The position numbers and the translations under genes were made by a program. Positions 14,771-29,907 of a stretch of 64,000 nt of DNA are shown here, piece after piece. Within the stretch, counting starts at the first letter, position 1. Each line of letters starts with the position of its first letter. The notes below the pieces were generated by a model. That model did not search any database and had not been told where the DNA came from. It was given only the letters and a program-made list of their open reading frames with translations. The stretch is from the human T2T-CHM13v2.0 reference genome, Homo sapiens, in NCBI RefSeq assembly GCF_009914755.1, contig NC_060926.1. One strand, 5' to 3'.

Positions 14771-15099
14771 CTGCATGTGGATGGCAGGAACCCAGTGCTG
14801 GCAACTAAGCCTGCGCTGGAACATCACAGTAACTGCAGAGGGCTCCCTGCAGGGGCAGAGAGCTGCCCCTGCCTGTGCGTGCACCTTGGAGGTTTTAAAG
14901 TCTAACTGTTTCCAATCAGGACAGCAGGTGCACATCATAACAAATGGCTCAAAAAGTCACTTGTCCCACCAAATAGAAAGCTGGCCACATTTTAGAAGAT
15001 TTCCAGCTAGGGATTTTTTCCCCTTCCTCTGTATGTGCATACACAGAATTGGGGTCTGACTTCCCAAGCTTCTGGACTACCGTGATGTGGGCACTTCTT

Positions 15100-15390
15100 T
15101 TTTTGTTTTGAGACGGAGTCTCGCTCTGTCGCCCAGGCTGGAGTGCAGCGGCGCAATCTCGGCTCACTGCAGGCTCCGCCCCGGGTTCACGCCATTCTCC
15201 TGCCTCAGCCTCCCGAGTAGCTGGGACTACAGGCGCCCACCACCTCGCCTGGCTAATTTTTTCTGTTTTTTTAGTAGAGACGGGGTTTCATTGTGTTAGC
15301 CGGTATGGTCTCCGTCTCCTAACCTCGTGATCCACCCACCTTGGCCTCCCAAAGTGCTGGGATTACAGGTGTGAGCCACCGTGCCCGGCC
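15100..15390 (-). mobile_element. AluY
   Basis: AluY diagnostics; TSD gggcacttctt at 15089-15099 / 15391-15401. Confidence 0.92.
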
Positions 15391-17789
15391 GGGCACTTCT
15401 TAACGTTATGAAGAGCTTTTGAAGATAGGGTTTCTCTTGTTGGCACAAAATTCCCACATTTGGCTGCACCCTACTCAAAACTTTACTGTTTTCTGGCATC
15501 TTCAGGAATTTTTGCTGTTGGAGTGAGGTGCAGCCTTGTCCAGGGGAAGGATGTTTTGGCTAATGCTTATTTCAGAGCGCGTGGAGGTGGGTCTGGGTTG
15601 TAAAATCTCTTAACGATGGACTAAACATATTTTAGTTGAAAGGCCCACCAAGGCTCCCAAATAAAAACAGATCCGTAATCCTGTTTGTAGGCATGGGATA
15701 CAGGTGATTTTGCCCTCAGTCTTGTTTTAAAACACTAGCTTGTCAGAAGAGAACAGTTTTTTTTCCCCAATTTTTGTTTTGTACATTGAGAGGTTTATTC
15801 CCCCCTCCCTTCACCCCCAAATCACTAGAGTTTAAGGAAGCATTGCTGATTGTTCCAGATTTATCTGATCAGGTTTCTGGGATGTCCTATGGGGCATGGC
15901 ATGCTGTGAAATGTAGCCACACAGCTGTGTCGTCTCTGGAGCCTCCGCAGCCACCATGCCCAGAAATGAGCCTGAGAGCCATCTCGCCTCCAGTCTGAAC
16001 AGCGTGTGTTAGTTTCCCCTCTGGTTCTCCTTAGAAAAGTCCATCGGGGGTTGATGGCATTGAGGTAGATGAATTAACTGCCTTTCTTGTTCAATAAAGC
16101 TTGTTCTTCTTTCAAGGATAAAGCCTCTCTTAGCAGTCACACATCGTAATTCAGCTTGCCAGCAGCAGGACCGTGATGTGAGTGATAGCCCAGCCAGCTC
16201 ATTCAGCCAGGCGGCCCGATTCCCAGGTTCCCACGCATCGCCGGGAAGGTTGGCCTTCCTCTGAGGTTGAGCCCTCAGCCAGCCCACAAGCCTCCATCCC
16301 CACCAGGTGGCCGATGAGAGGAAACCCAGGCTCTCCACTGGCCTGGCACTTGGCAGGAGAACCCTGCCCTGCACTTCTTAAGGGCATTTCCACAGGGAGA
16401 TTCCAGGACCCCTTAGTAGTATCTCAGCCCCAGTGTTTGGGGGACCTGGGAAGATGGGTCAGGGTTCCCCACTTTGTCCCATGATACAGCTGCTCTGTTG
16501 AGCATGTGTGTCCCACAGAGTGCGGAGTGTCTGAGGTGCATCATCTCAGTTCGTCCTGCAGCGATCCTGTACACAGACGCACTGCTGAGGCCAGAAAGCT
16601 TAGGACACTTGTGCGAGAGCGGTGAGCTGGGCCCGTCCGACCTCACCTCTGGCCCTCTGTCGCCGTGTGAGATTGCGGAGCCCCTGTTATTCATACTTCC
16701 CATAGGCCGTGCGTGCAAAGCATCCCAAGCTTGTTTCCGCCACCCAAGGCAAGAGGGTTTGAGAAGGCCCCAAAGAACCTAAAGTATTCTGTTCTCTGTA
16801 AAGCAGCTGACTGTGGCAAAACTTCCAGAAGCATTTGTTTTCATGTGGAAATGTATTTAGTCCGGTTGATGCAGGTGTGCATGTTTAGGGAAACAAACAT
16901 TTTCTTCCTGCTGTGGATAAGTGTCATGTTTCTTTGTCACCATTGGCCATGTTCATAATCCTTCAAGTTGAATGAAAGGTGGCAGGTTTGCAGTCCCCTC
17001 CTTAAAAATAACACTCAGTTGGCTTTTAGTTGCTTCCAGGTGAGCTCTCGTACCTTGCCGGCACCCGGGGCCTCCACAATGCGGGCGTTCCTTGTGAGTC
17101 CAGCTTACTCATGCTTCTCAGTTGTGGTGCAGGTGCTCTTTGAGATGCCGCCTTCTCTGCCTGTTGCTCACCCTGCGAGGCTCGGTCTCTGTTGGTGTCA
17201 CTCATGACCAGCCTTGCCTCGCCAGAATTAAGGCCCTCCTGGTCTCTGCCCACCGTGTTTGGCTCATCTACTTAATCAGCTGGGAGGTCTGGAAGCTGGT
17301 TGAGGGCAGAAATCAGGGCTTGTTTATTGCTGTATCCTCAGTGGTTTGATAGATCACGTCTGGCCCTTGAAGGATGCCCAGGGGTTTGTTGGCTGGCTGA
17401 CTTGCCAGAGGGTCCTTTCCAAAGCTCCTTCTTGGTAGGATAAACAATGTTTATACGCTGCAGAAGTGAGGACAATTTGAAACGTCCCCAGAGCACAGAA
17501 GTTAGGGTTAGACACCTTTTGGATTTGGTGGGCTGGCTTGGTGGGAACTCAGTGTCATGTGGTGTTTGGGATGGAAGTGAAATTTTCTTTACTGTAGGTA
17601 GGGGAAGCAAAAGATTTGCTTGCTAAATCTTGGCAGCTTTTTCAGATCAGCTGTCTACAACAGGTTGGTGTTTATGTTGGGTGTAAGTGAATTTCAGACA
17701 TAGAATCAATATTAAGAGGACAAATGGGTGACAGCCTGTGTCACTGCCATGATATAGTATCTTTGGCGTCACACCGAGAGCAAACGTGA

Positions 17790-17960
17790 GTGTGTGTCAG
17801 GTCACATTGAGGGCTGATGGAAACAGATTGCCGGCCCCTCCCATACCTCCCGAGTTTCTAGTTCTGTGGGTTTGGAGCAGGACGCACGAATGTGCCTCTC
17901 TAAGAAGTGTCCTGAGGATGCGGATGCCCTGGTCCAGGGACCGCACTTCTGGAAGCATAG
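17790..17960. mobile_element. MER5A-like hAT MITE
   Basis: aaacagattgccggccc..gagtttct..ctggtccagggaccgcactt. Confidence 0.55.
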
Positions 17961-18241
17961 CTGTAAAGGAAAGGCAGCTCCAGTTGACTTGGTATCATCT
18001 CTGGGCCGTTGTTTCTTCTTCCTTGCTGTGCTTGTAGCCAGCTGAGAAGGTTTCCTATCAGCCTGCCCTGCAGGTTTCAGGTGAAGACACCTAAGGCCAG
18101 CTGCTCAGGGAGTTGCTTGTGGTCACGCAGGCTAAGTGTGGTGGACGAGGGACTTAAACCAGATCTGAATGGTTTCAAGCTGGTGTTCATGTGATCTTCA
18201 TGATGCTGTTTGAAAAGCAGCTGAATGCTGGGTGAGGGGCC

Positions 18242-18680
18242 TGTCGTGCCAGACCCCTTTAAATTTCATTAGGGATGGCACCGGGTTCAAGAGACTGGAG
18301 AGGAGACCTAGAGCCAGCAAACAAAAGACAGAGGGTTTATTAGGGGAATTTATTTACAGAGTGGTCCCATGGCGGCCTGGGCAGGAGAAGCGCTGCTGCT
18401 TGCTTTCAGAAAGCGTGCAGTTTATATAGCATTTTCGCTTAACACCCTCCCCCAAACAACCACCACCCAGCAACCTTAACACCAATCAAAGAGCCTCAAT
18501 ACCCTGTATGGCCTGCTTTCCATGGGACAGGCTGGGGGTTTAGATGTTCCTCATAGATAAGGAATGAATCTCTGGGTTGGCCACTCCCGGATTCCTTAGC
18601 TCAGAACCCCGAACATACATTCAGGTGCACCTGCCATGTGGGGCCATTCTCAGTTATTGCTGTCAGGGGCATCTGTCAGT
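18242..18680 (-). mobile_element. LTR47-like ERVL solo LTR
   Basis: Matches the recalled LTR47A consensus in reverse (tgtcgtgccagacccc terminus; gggttggccactcccggattccttagctc); minus-strand TATATAAA (~18421-18428) and AATAAA (~18336-18341). Confidence 0.72.
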
Positions 18681-21089
18681 GGGCTGCGTTTCTGCGACAC
18701 GGTGGCATGTCGGATGGACATTGCCAAGAGAATCTGGTTAGGAGGTAGAGGCAGCTGATGTCCATTTCCTTCTAGACTCATTCTGTGGTTTTGCGGATTT
18801 TCCTTCTTGTCTTTCGGAGATTGTTGCTTTTTAATGTAGTCTTATGTATATTTAGATTGGGTTCTTCAGTATTCACTTATTATATGATAATTTGGCAGAT
18901 GACACATTTTGTTACCAATATTTCCAAGCTGAAAGCGCGTTTCTGTAAAAGACAGGAGCTAGATGTTACTAGTAGCTTAAAAGAGCTGTTGGAGGAGCCT
19001 GAAGGAAGTGACTCATAAGGGAGAGAAGCAGTGGGGGCAGCTGCAGGAACCTTCAAAACAAAACCTGCAGCCCTGTTGCTACCACCTCTTGTTTTTTGCC
19101 TAAACCAGGCGTTTTATTTTGTTAAGACGAAAATCCCTTATTTTGCATCCGTTTTTCCCCCTGTATACCCTGCAGGTGTTTATAGTTTGTGAGTCTCACT
19201 CTGGCTTGTTTTAACCACTGATTTCGTTTCGTCTTATGTTTCTCTACACTCTAGCAAACCTGTGTCCCCCTCCCCGCCCCCATCCCAATCCTCCAGCCTT
19301 CACGTCCTTAGCTTAAGTGATTGAGTCTGGCAAAGCGGATGAGGCTTAGCTATTTTTAAAATCCAGGGTTTGAGGTTCTGATCTGGTGCTTAGCTACATA
19401 ATTCCTTCCCTTTGTTAAGTACCTTTCTCCGAGAAACAAAATGCACTCTACAGATGTTAATCTCTAATCTTTGCAGCATCTGTTATTTTTATTCAGGGGT
19501 ACAAGTGCTTTGTGTGTGCTGCGGTGAGCCCTGGCCTTCTGGAAGCTCTGTGCTTCTGAGGGGCTGAGGGGGATTTGGGGGTCCCTTTTCATAGTGTGGG
19601 CTGTCTTTCCCAAGATGCAGTGATGACCCATCAGAGGCAGGGTTGGTATTGTCCGTGGGGTCCAGTCCCTCTATCTTCCAGGGCTTTTCTGGTCACAAGA
19701 GACCATGGCCAGAAGTGGGTATCGTGCTTGTGTCTGGGGCCTGGGGAGGGAAGGAAAACAAATACCACCCCCTGCAGAAGAGATCGTTAATGGATTCTTT
19801 GAATAACCAGCCAGATAGCTTGTTTGTGTGCGAGGTTGGGACATTTTCCGTAAAGAGCAGACTAAATATAGGCTCGAGGGTGGGGACCAGGGCCCGAGAG
19901 GGGGCTGCCACTGCTTGCTCCAGTATTGTTTCTTCCATTGGTAACCAGAACTTGCCACCAGTCCCAAACAGGTGGCCACCCTGAGCTCTCTGGGAACAGA
20001 TTGGTGTTTTTGTTTAACCAGGGGCTCATTTGCAAATTTCACACTTCTCCCGCTGTTTGATGGGGATTGTCTTTTTTTGGGCTGCAGTGTTGGAGTATTT
20101 GTACAGTGTTTCTACACAAGCAACTGTCTAATCTTTAAAACTGCTCATGCCGTCTGGTTGTCATTAGCATCATGGTTAGAAGCTTTTTATTTGCCTTTTT
20201 TTTTTTTTTTTTTTTTTAAGGGTGGGAAAACACTTTTCATGGTTCTGGGAGAAGAATTTCAAATAATGTCCATGTTCACAAATGATTTATGTTTGGTCTT
20301 GGAGAAATGTCAGCATTCAACAGGCTCTAGTAAATACAACCATGTTGATTTCCAGCTTAGGACGAAGCTACTGTTACCCTGTTCTCACTCAGATAATAGT
20401 CTGAAAGGCAGAACCGTACCTTTAGAAAGTACATTTAGCTTCAATTCAATAAGTTTTAGTTTTAGCCAATAGTGACTTGTAGTATGGAGGATACTTGAAA
20501 GAAAGAAGTTAAACATTTTTTAAAAAATTTATGAACACCTGCAACAAATAGCCACAAGACCTACCCTTTTTTCAGGAAAGAGTTTTCACTTCTTAAATGT
20601 CACCTTGGGGGCATGCCCACTGTGTGATGGTACCCTTCAGCAGGATTGGTATTGTCGGAAGTGCTGGCTAGCTTATGTAATGAAAAAGAAATTGATTTGG
20701 AAAGAGCTGATTGCCCTGAATTTCCATCCTGTTTGTGCGTTGAGCTGCCCTTTTCAGTGGGGGAGAATCCAGCATATTTTCCAGGGAGGGCGTTTCCGGA
20801 AGCCTGTCTGCACCCCCTTTGTTGTTGTTTTCGAAGGTCTGGGGTGCTGCTGTGAGCCGGGATCGCGTATCTGCTCCTGTTCTGACGAGACTGCTCCTGC
20901 TGGAAGTTCAGCCTGGTGAACCTGATTTGGGAGGGGATGGTGTGATTGGTGGGGAACAGCATTGTGTTAATTTTAGCTTCAACAATCAAGCCTGGGTCTC
21001 TGAGTGTCCATGTAGTACTTGAAGTTTGGGTTTGGAATTGGTGGGATTGAGACCACTTCAAACTCTTTTATTTCTTGGAACTTGTTAGT

Positions 21090-21391
21090 ATTTATTTATT
21101 TATTTTTTGAGACAGGGTCTCACTCTGTTGCTTAGGCTGAAGTGCAGTGGCACTATTGGGGCTCATTTGTAGCCTCAACCTCCCAGACTCAAGTAATCCT
21201 CCCACCTCAGCCCCCGCCAAGTAGCTGGGACTCCAGATGTGCACCATGCCTGGCTAATTCATTGGATTTTCAGTAGAGACGGGGTTTCACCATGTTGCCT
21301 GGGCTGGTCTTGACATTCTGGACTCAAGCAATCCACCTGCCTCAGCCTCCCAGAGTGCTGGGATTACAGGCATGAGCCACTGTGCCTGGCC
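21090..21391 (-). mobile_element. AluJ
   Basis: Full dimer, (TTTA)n tail. Confidence 0.87.
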
Positions 21392-21392
21392 T

Positions 21393-21637
21393 AGTTTTTA
21401 ATTTTTGAGACAGTCTCTGTCAATCAGGCTGAAGTACAGTGGCACGATCGTGGCTCACTGAAGCCTTGCTTTCCTGAAGCGATCCTCCTGCCTTGGCCTC
21501 CCAAATAGCTGGGACCACAGGCACGCACCACCATGCCCGACTAATTTTTTAATTTTTTTTGTAGAGATGGGGTCTCGCTATGTTGCCTTGGCCTCCCTAA
21601 GTCTTAGGTTTACAGGCTTGAGCCACCACGCCCAGCC
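21393..21637 (-). mobile_element. AluJ with internal deletions (tandem with the previous Alu)
   Basis: Left arm jumps from tatgttgcc to ttggcctccc. Confidence 0.8.
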
Positions 21638-21826
21638 TCGAACTCTCTTTTTTTTTTGACACATAACAGAGAAAGGTGCCCAAGTCATAAAGGAGAAAGT
21701 TTTCACAAACTGATCACATGTGGGACCAGCATCCAGTTCAGTGGCCAGCACAGACTCATCTGTCGTGAGGGTCGTTAGAAATTGTAGCCCCCATTTATTG
21801 GTCTCTTCTGCCTGTGATATGTGCTT

Positions 21827-22125
21827 GAGTGGTTGCCTGTTTCGGGGGCTGTCAGTGTTTGAGTGGCTGCCTGTTTCGGGGGCTGTCAGTGTTTGAGTGG
21901 CTGCCTGTTTCGGGGGCTGTCAGTGTTTGAGTGGCTGCCTGTTTCGGGGGCTGTCAGTGTTTGAGTGGCTGCCTGTTTCGGGGGCTGTCAGTGTGTGAGT
22001 GGTTGCCTGTTTCGGGGGCTGTCAGTGTTTGAGTGGCTGCCTGTTTCGGGGGCTGTCAGTGTTTGAGTGGCTGCCTGTTTCGGGGGCTGTCAGTGTTTGA
22101 GTGGCTGCCTGTTTTGGGGCTGTCA
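21827..22125. repeat. 34-bp VNTR, ~8.8 copies
   Basis: Unit gagtggctgcctgtttcgggggctgtcagtgttt, starts every 34 nt from 21827 to 22099. Confidence 0.97.
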
Positions 22126-23483
22126 TGAATAGCACCACTGTGCAGATTCTCACTTGCCTTTTGGTGCCCATATGGCCTCATTTCTGTCGGGTGTGTGCTG
22201 GGCTGTGTCTTTCTCTCTGTGGGTTGGACGTAGCTGCTCGTGAAGCCGCTCCTGCAGCCCAGCAGCCCCTATCTGGGAAACCTTTCAGTGCTTTCAAGGT
22301 TCATTTTATGACACTCAGGATGGCCGTTTGTCTCCTTTTGCTGATTTTCATTCTTTCAGTTGTTTGTTCATAAACAAATGTTTGCATGGCTAATGCATTT
22401 CCAGCACTTAGAGATTAGGTTTTTAAACTTTTGGATTGTCTGCAGGCTATTAATTCCTTGTTAGTTGAATAATGACGGCTGTGTGCATGGAGCTGTGTGA
22501 GCGAAATCCCTCACCAGGAAGAGGGCGCAGTTCCTCTGGGACTGGAACAGGGGCCCCTTTGGCTCTCCTTGGCTCCTGGCAGAAGTCAGTTGTCAACTGG
22601 GGGACTCTTTCTGGCTGAGCCCCAAGCAGCCTCAATCCATCTCTGTGCTGGGTTTTAGATAACCCACTGGATCTGTGTTGGTCTTTGAAAGGGAATTCAC
22701 TCTGTATGTTTGGCCTAAACTGTGTTATGGCCTTCATAGTTACGTATTAGCATTATTCAGTTTTTGTTGTTTGTAGCAGTTATGCTGAAGACACAAAAGA
22801 AGAAAAAAAGCTAAGTGTTGCCAACTCAAGGAGTAATTTTCTTTGTTCCAGCGCTGTGTCCTGGGAGCTGCCCATCCCCCTCCACAAAGGCCAGTGCTAA
22901 ACAAGGCCAGAGCCAGGAAGGACACGCGGGGCCATGGATTGAGTGAGGGCAGTGTGTGCGTGTGTGGATTTCTCTGGTGGCTTTGCAATGGCAAATATTT
23001 ATTTTGAGGGATGGTGGTGGGAGGACCAAGTTTATACTCACTTTGTTTAGTAGGGGAAGTGGCTAATGTGAGAATCAATAGACAAGATTTTATCAAGCCT
23101 CTGCACTGGGCAGAGCGCAGTTTTTGAAGCTGGGAGAACAGGCAGATGTGTGGGACACTCAGGGCCCTTCAGATCTCCCCCAGGAGCCACTGATACAGGT
23201 AGAGATCGCAGCCACACAAGGCTGTGTGGGAGGGGCCTGGGAGATGGGGCGGAGTCCAGGGAGAGATCCTGGAAGCCAGGTAGCAGTCAGGAGGGCTTTC
23301 CAGGCTAGTGGGTACTAGGATTGGAGCATCCAGAACAGAGTCACTTCAGCCTGGGAAGAGCGGGGTAGGCGGCCGAATGATAAGTGATCCTTGACAGCCC
23401 CCGAGAGCAGGCTGGGAGACCTTTTGTTGGACGGTCTACTACTGATTATGGATCCTGCTTGGAGAGGGGAGTGCTTTTTTTAA

Positions 23484-23794
<311 letters not shown>

Positions 23795-23848
23795 CTATTT
23801 TATTTATTTATTTATTTAGCTCGGGTTTCAATATTTTAAAAAATTTGA

Positions 23849-24097
23849 AGCCAGGTGCGGTGGCTAATGCTTGTAATCTCAGCGCTTCGGGAGGCCGAAG
23901 TGGGAGGATTGCTTGAGGCCAGGAGTTTGAGACCAGCCTAGGCACAGTGGCAAGTGCCTTTAGTCCTAGCTACTTGAGTGGCTGAGGCAGGAGGATCACT
24001 TGAGCCAAGGAGTTGCAGGCTGCAGTGAGCTATGATTGCATCACTGCGCTCCACCCTGGGTGCCAGAGTGAGATCTTGTCTCAAAAAAAAAAAAAAT
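23849..24097 (+). mobile_element. AluJ with central deletion
   Basis: Left arm joined to right arm without the A-rich linker; poly-A tail. Confidence 0.83.
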
Positions 24098-25359
24098 TGA
24101 ACTGTGATGACTATGATATTGTCTTTTGGGGGGTTTTCTGGACATAAAATTCAGAATTTTACATAGAAACTTGAATTTATTTGTCCAAGAGTTTCTTGTT
24201 TTGAAAATAGGATGCCACTGGGAACATTCTTGGTTAGGAGCCACCGGAAGCCGGGTCTATATGGGCAGGGCCAGTGAGATGCAAAGCCACACACGAAAGC
24301 TAAGCACACACTCTTGTTTTCCTCACTCACATCCATGTTCATCCTCTTTCCTGTGCTGACGGTTTGCAAAGCTGGGAGAGAATGAGGGCGGGGCCTCGGG
24401 AAGTGAATGGCAGAGCAGGTGGCATAGACACCTCAGCCGTCTGCCCACAGGGTATGGGCAAGGTTTGTTTTGGTGACTTTTTCTTCCAGTCTTGTGTACA
24501 TTATCGTCTCTCACAGGACTTGAGCTTGGAGGGAGCTGGAGTGGCCGCTTGCTGAGTCTTTCTCCCTGGAGCTCGTGGGCAGCTGGTTACCTCGCGCTGG
24601 GGCGACCCTGACTTAGGACCTCCTGCCGTTTCTCTGGGTGACTGCTCTGTAGTCGTGAGTCGTCTCTTTAATGCTGAGCATCAGTACCTGCACAGCCCTG
24701 AATGGAGCAGCTGCCCAGAATCTGTCTTGTCATCGATAGATGGACAGTTGCCGAGTGTCCTGCGTGCCGACTGACTAAGGAGTTTTTGTCTCTGTCACCC
24801 TGTCCCCTGTGGTTTTATGAAGACGTTAGTTATGAATCCGTGTTTAGGATGAGAAGATGTAAACAGTGAGGAGGATAAGTGAGAAGCTAGCAAGAGTCTG
24901 GATGGTGATGGCGGGGGAGCGCTGGTGGAGGAGTCGGGGGCGTCCCGCTGGACTGGGGCACAGCTCTGCAGCAGCAGCCGGTGCGGTTTTGCCTTGTAAG
25001 TGACACCGTTGCCTGCAGGCATCTCTGACAGCTGCTCCTGCTCCAGATTCCAGAAATTTCTATGGAACATTTCCTGAACCATCCTCCTGGTTTCTTCCCT
25101 TCCCCTCACTGAATAAAATCCGTAATAGCACCTGCCGCTTGAGTGTTTGTCTCTGCAGGACGCCATGTTCAGGGCTGGGTGCCCTTTGTGTCATTTTGTT
25201 ATCCTGGTCACTGCCAGACAGAGGTGGTAGGACCCTCATTTGTCAGGTCAGGAGCCTGCAGCCTGGAGAGTTTAAAGCCTTGCCTGAATCCACCCACTTC
25301 TGAAGGTGGCAGAGTCAGGATTCGAACTCGGGACCCGTGGACACCAGCCACCTATGGGC

Positions 25360-25880
25360 CTTTATTTTTATATTTTTAAAAACTTTTAGTTTCAGGGGTA
25401 CACATGCAGGTGTGTTATATAGGTAAGTTGGGTGTCATGGTGGTCTGGTGTACAGATTATTACAACGCATAGTAAGTACAGTACCTGATAGGTAGTTTTT
25501 CAGTCCTTTCCCTCCCACCCTCCACCCTCAAGCAGGCCTTGGTGGCCGTTGTTCCATTCTTTGTGTCAATGTTGAGCTCAAGTGAGACCATGAGATATTT
25601 GGTTTTCTGTTCCTCCGCTGGTTCGCTTATGATATTGGCCTCCAGCTCCATCCATTTTGCTGCACAGGGCGTGATCTCATTCTTTTTATTATGGCTGCAT
25701 AGTACTCCACAGTGTACATGTACCACATTTTCTTTATTCAGCCCATCGATGGGCATTTTGGTTGATTCCATGTCTTTGCTATTGTGAATAGTGCCACAGT
25801 GAACACACAACTAACTGCGTGTGTCTTTATATAGACACAATAGAACAATTATATTCCTTCAGGTGTGTACCAAGTAATGC
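25360..25880 (-). mobile_element. L1 3' end (old L1PA/L1PB)
   Basis: ttcaggggtacacatgcagg..ggcctccagctccatccat..tggttgattccatgtctttgctattgtgaatagtg. Confidence 0.85.
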
Positions 25881-26784
25881 CACCTACAGTTTTGATGTTT
25901 TAGTAAAGTAGAAAAGGAAACTTCAGAAATCAGCCCATAAGTCTGCAGAAGTACTTGGGGAATTCTCTCCGCAGTTCGCAGCTCTCCTGCAGATCTCGGT
26001 TTGTGATTTGAAACTCACATTCACGCTCGGTTTTTTACTCATCAAGGTTATAAAGAAAATAACAGCTGTTGGTTCACTTTTATTCCCTCGCTGAGAGTTG
26101 GTGGCGGCTGGGATGCTGACTGACGGTTTTGATTACATGAGGAGGAGGCACGGAGGCAAGCTGACTGCCTGCGATTACAGGTCCCGAAGTCCGGGAGGAG
26201 GGAGGATTTCCAAACGGCATGCCTTTGAAAATTCACCTGCGTTTAGGAAATCTGCAGCACCTTTAATCCTGGCTAGCTGAAAATACAGCTTACATTTAAG
26301 CCACACAAATTCTGTGACATTTTAATAATGGAGATGTTAGTGGGCAGTTAACTTTTTATACATGTAAATAGAAGTTACTTTCCCCCTGTGCTGTAATTAG
26401 CAAAAGAGGGAGAAAGGGATGCTCTGTGCATCAAAGCGATTTGCCCAGGGTTACACAGAGGAAGGTGGCAGAGCCGGAAGTGGCAGAATCCAGTGCACGG
26501 GCGGGATGCCGAGTGTGTCGCCAAACTCCACCACTTTAGTCGGGGGCGTGGTGGTTGCTGCGCTATCTGCTTCCCACTCACTGGCATCCTAGCCGTGTGG
26601 GGTGTGTGCTCACCTGCAGCCACCCTCACCTGCTTGAACCAGATTTACCTAGAGGGTGGTGTGAACTCATGTGATGTGAACGATTACTTATAGTTACCGT
26701 GAAAATTAATGGTGGGTTTTATAGTTGGAATGCTTTTTCTACACTTATTTGATTTTTGTCTATCTGTTTAGAGAAGTGTTTTTT

Positions 26785-28300
<1,516 letters not shown>

Positions 28301-28529
28301 GAGCATTTGCCCTCTGTGTCTCTTGGGCTGTGAAGTGTCTTGTACTGATGAGGGGGGTGGGAGGCTATAGGAGTGAGGCTGAGGAGGGAAAGGAGAAGCC
28401 TCAGAAAGAGGTGCAGACTGAAGACCACCTTAGAAGGTCGCAAAATCCAAGGGAGCAGAGCCAGTGTGCCTCTCCTTGTGACCTCTGGCCTCAGTTTCCC
28501 TGTCTGTAAATCCGGATGTTTGGCCAAGA

Positions 28530-28790
28530 TCAGTTTTCAACAAGGTGCTGGGTGGGGGGGCGGGGGGCGACGGTGTATGGCGTGCAAGCATTGTAGCCCC
28601 CAAGAGGACATTTGGCCATGTCTGGGGCAATTTTCGGTTTGTTACAACTTTGGGGTGTCATGGTTGTTACTGGCACGTGGCAGGTGGAGGTGAGGGATGC
28701 TGCCCAAGATCCCGCAATGCCTGGGGCAGCCCTGAGTCTTCGTCATCCCGAGACTGAGAGCCCCAGGTCAGATGAGCTCTGTGACCCCCT
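28530..28790. mobile_element. MER20 hAT element
   Basis: cccccaagaggacatttggccatgtctgggg..gagggatgctgc..atcccgcaatgcctggggcagccc. Confidence 0.65.
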
Positions 28791-29362
28791 CAGCCTCTGA
28801 TCCACACTCACCAAGGATTACTCTGGTGCACGATTCTGTTTCGGTGGGAGCTGGTGTAATTATCTAGAGGTGTGTCTACCTGTGTGCCCAGAGGGGCCCG
28901 CCCTCTCGGTGAGCAAGGACACCTGGTTCCCTGGGGTCTGAGCCAGGCCCTCAGGGAGGGGGGCAGCCAGGAGCCGCAGGGGGCTCAGCCAGCTCCTGGC
29001 CCTCAAGTGTTCTAGGAAACCGGCTTCTCTGTGGGGATGTGACTCTCCCTCACTCCTCCCATTGCCTGAGTAGGCAAATTCCACCTAGCTCTTTATGACT
29101 AACTGCCTGGCAGCCTGAGCTCAGGGCAGTTCCTAACGAACTTCTTTGATTATTAACCTATGCTGGGCCCAGGGAAATTACTCACTTGTTTTCTGGCCAA
29201 GAGAAAATCTCCTGGAAACTTCTATATATAAATCTTTTTGACAATTCCGCATTCAAGAGAGTTCCCCTGGCAGTTCTTCTATTTGTAGGGTGGGGAGAAA
29301 AACCCATGTAATTTCCCCCAAACTGTGGATTTTGTTCCTATAGAACATGCTTGTGAGATTCA

Positions 29363-29712
29363 GTGTGCGTATTTGTGTGAGTGTGTGTGAATGTGTGTGT
29401 GAATGTATGAGTGTGGATGTGTGTGAATGTGTGTGTGTATGTGGATGTGTGTGAATGTGTGTGTGAATGTGAGTGTGAATGAGTATGTGGATGTGTGTGA
29501 ATGTGTGAATGTGTATGTGTGGGTGTGAATGTGTGTGTAAAGGTGATTGTGAGTGTGTGAATGCGTGTGTGAATGCGTGAGTGTGTGACTGTGTGAATGT
29601 GTGAGGTGTGAATGTGTGTGTGAATGGATGTGTGTGTGAATGCGTATGTGTGAATGTGAATGCGTGTGTGAATGTGTGTGTGTGTGAGTATGTGTGTGAA
29701 TGTGTGTGTGTG
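29363..29712 (+). repeat. Degenerate (TG)n / GTGAAT-rich simple repeat, ~350 bp
   Basis: Direct reading. Confidence 0.93.
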
Positions 29713-29907
29713 GTGATGGTCATTGTCCACATTGGTGGTCTTGTCACTCACTTCTTGATCTGTTGCTGCATCAGCAGAATGCTGGGCAGATGGCTGCATC
29801 TTGTTTGGGAGTTTGGGAGTTTTCTTTGAGTATCTGTTTTTTAACTTTCAGGGGAGAATACCAAGGTTGGGAAACACTGGTTTTGCTGACATAAGAATAA
29901 GAAAATT

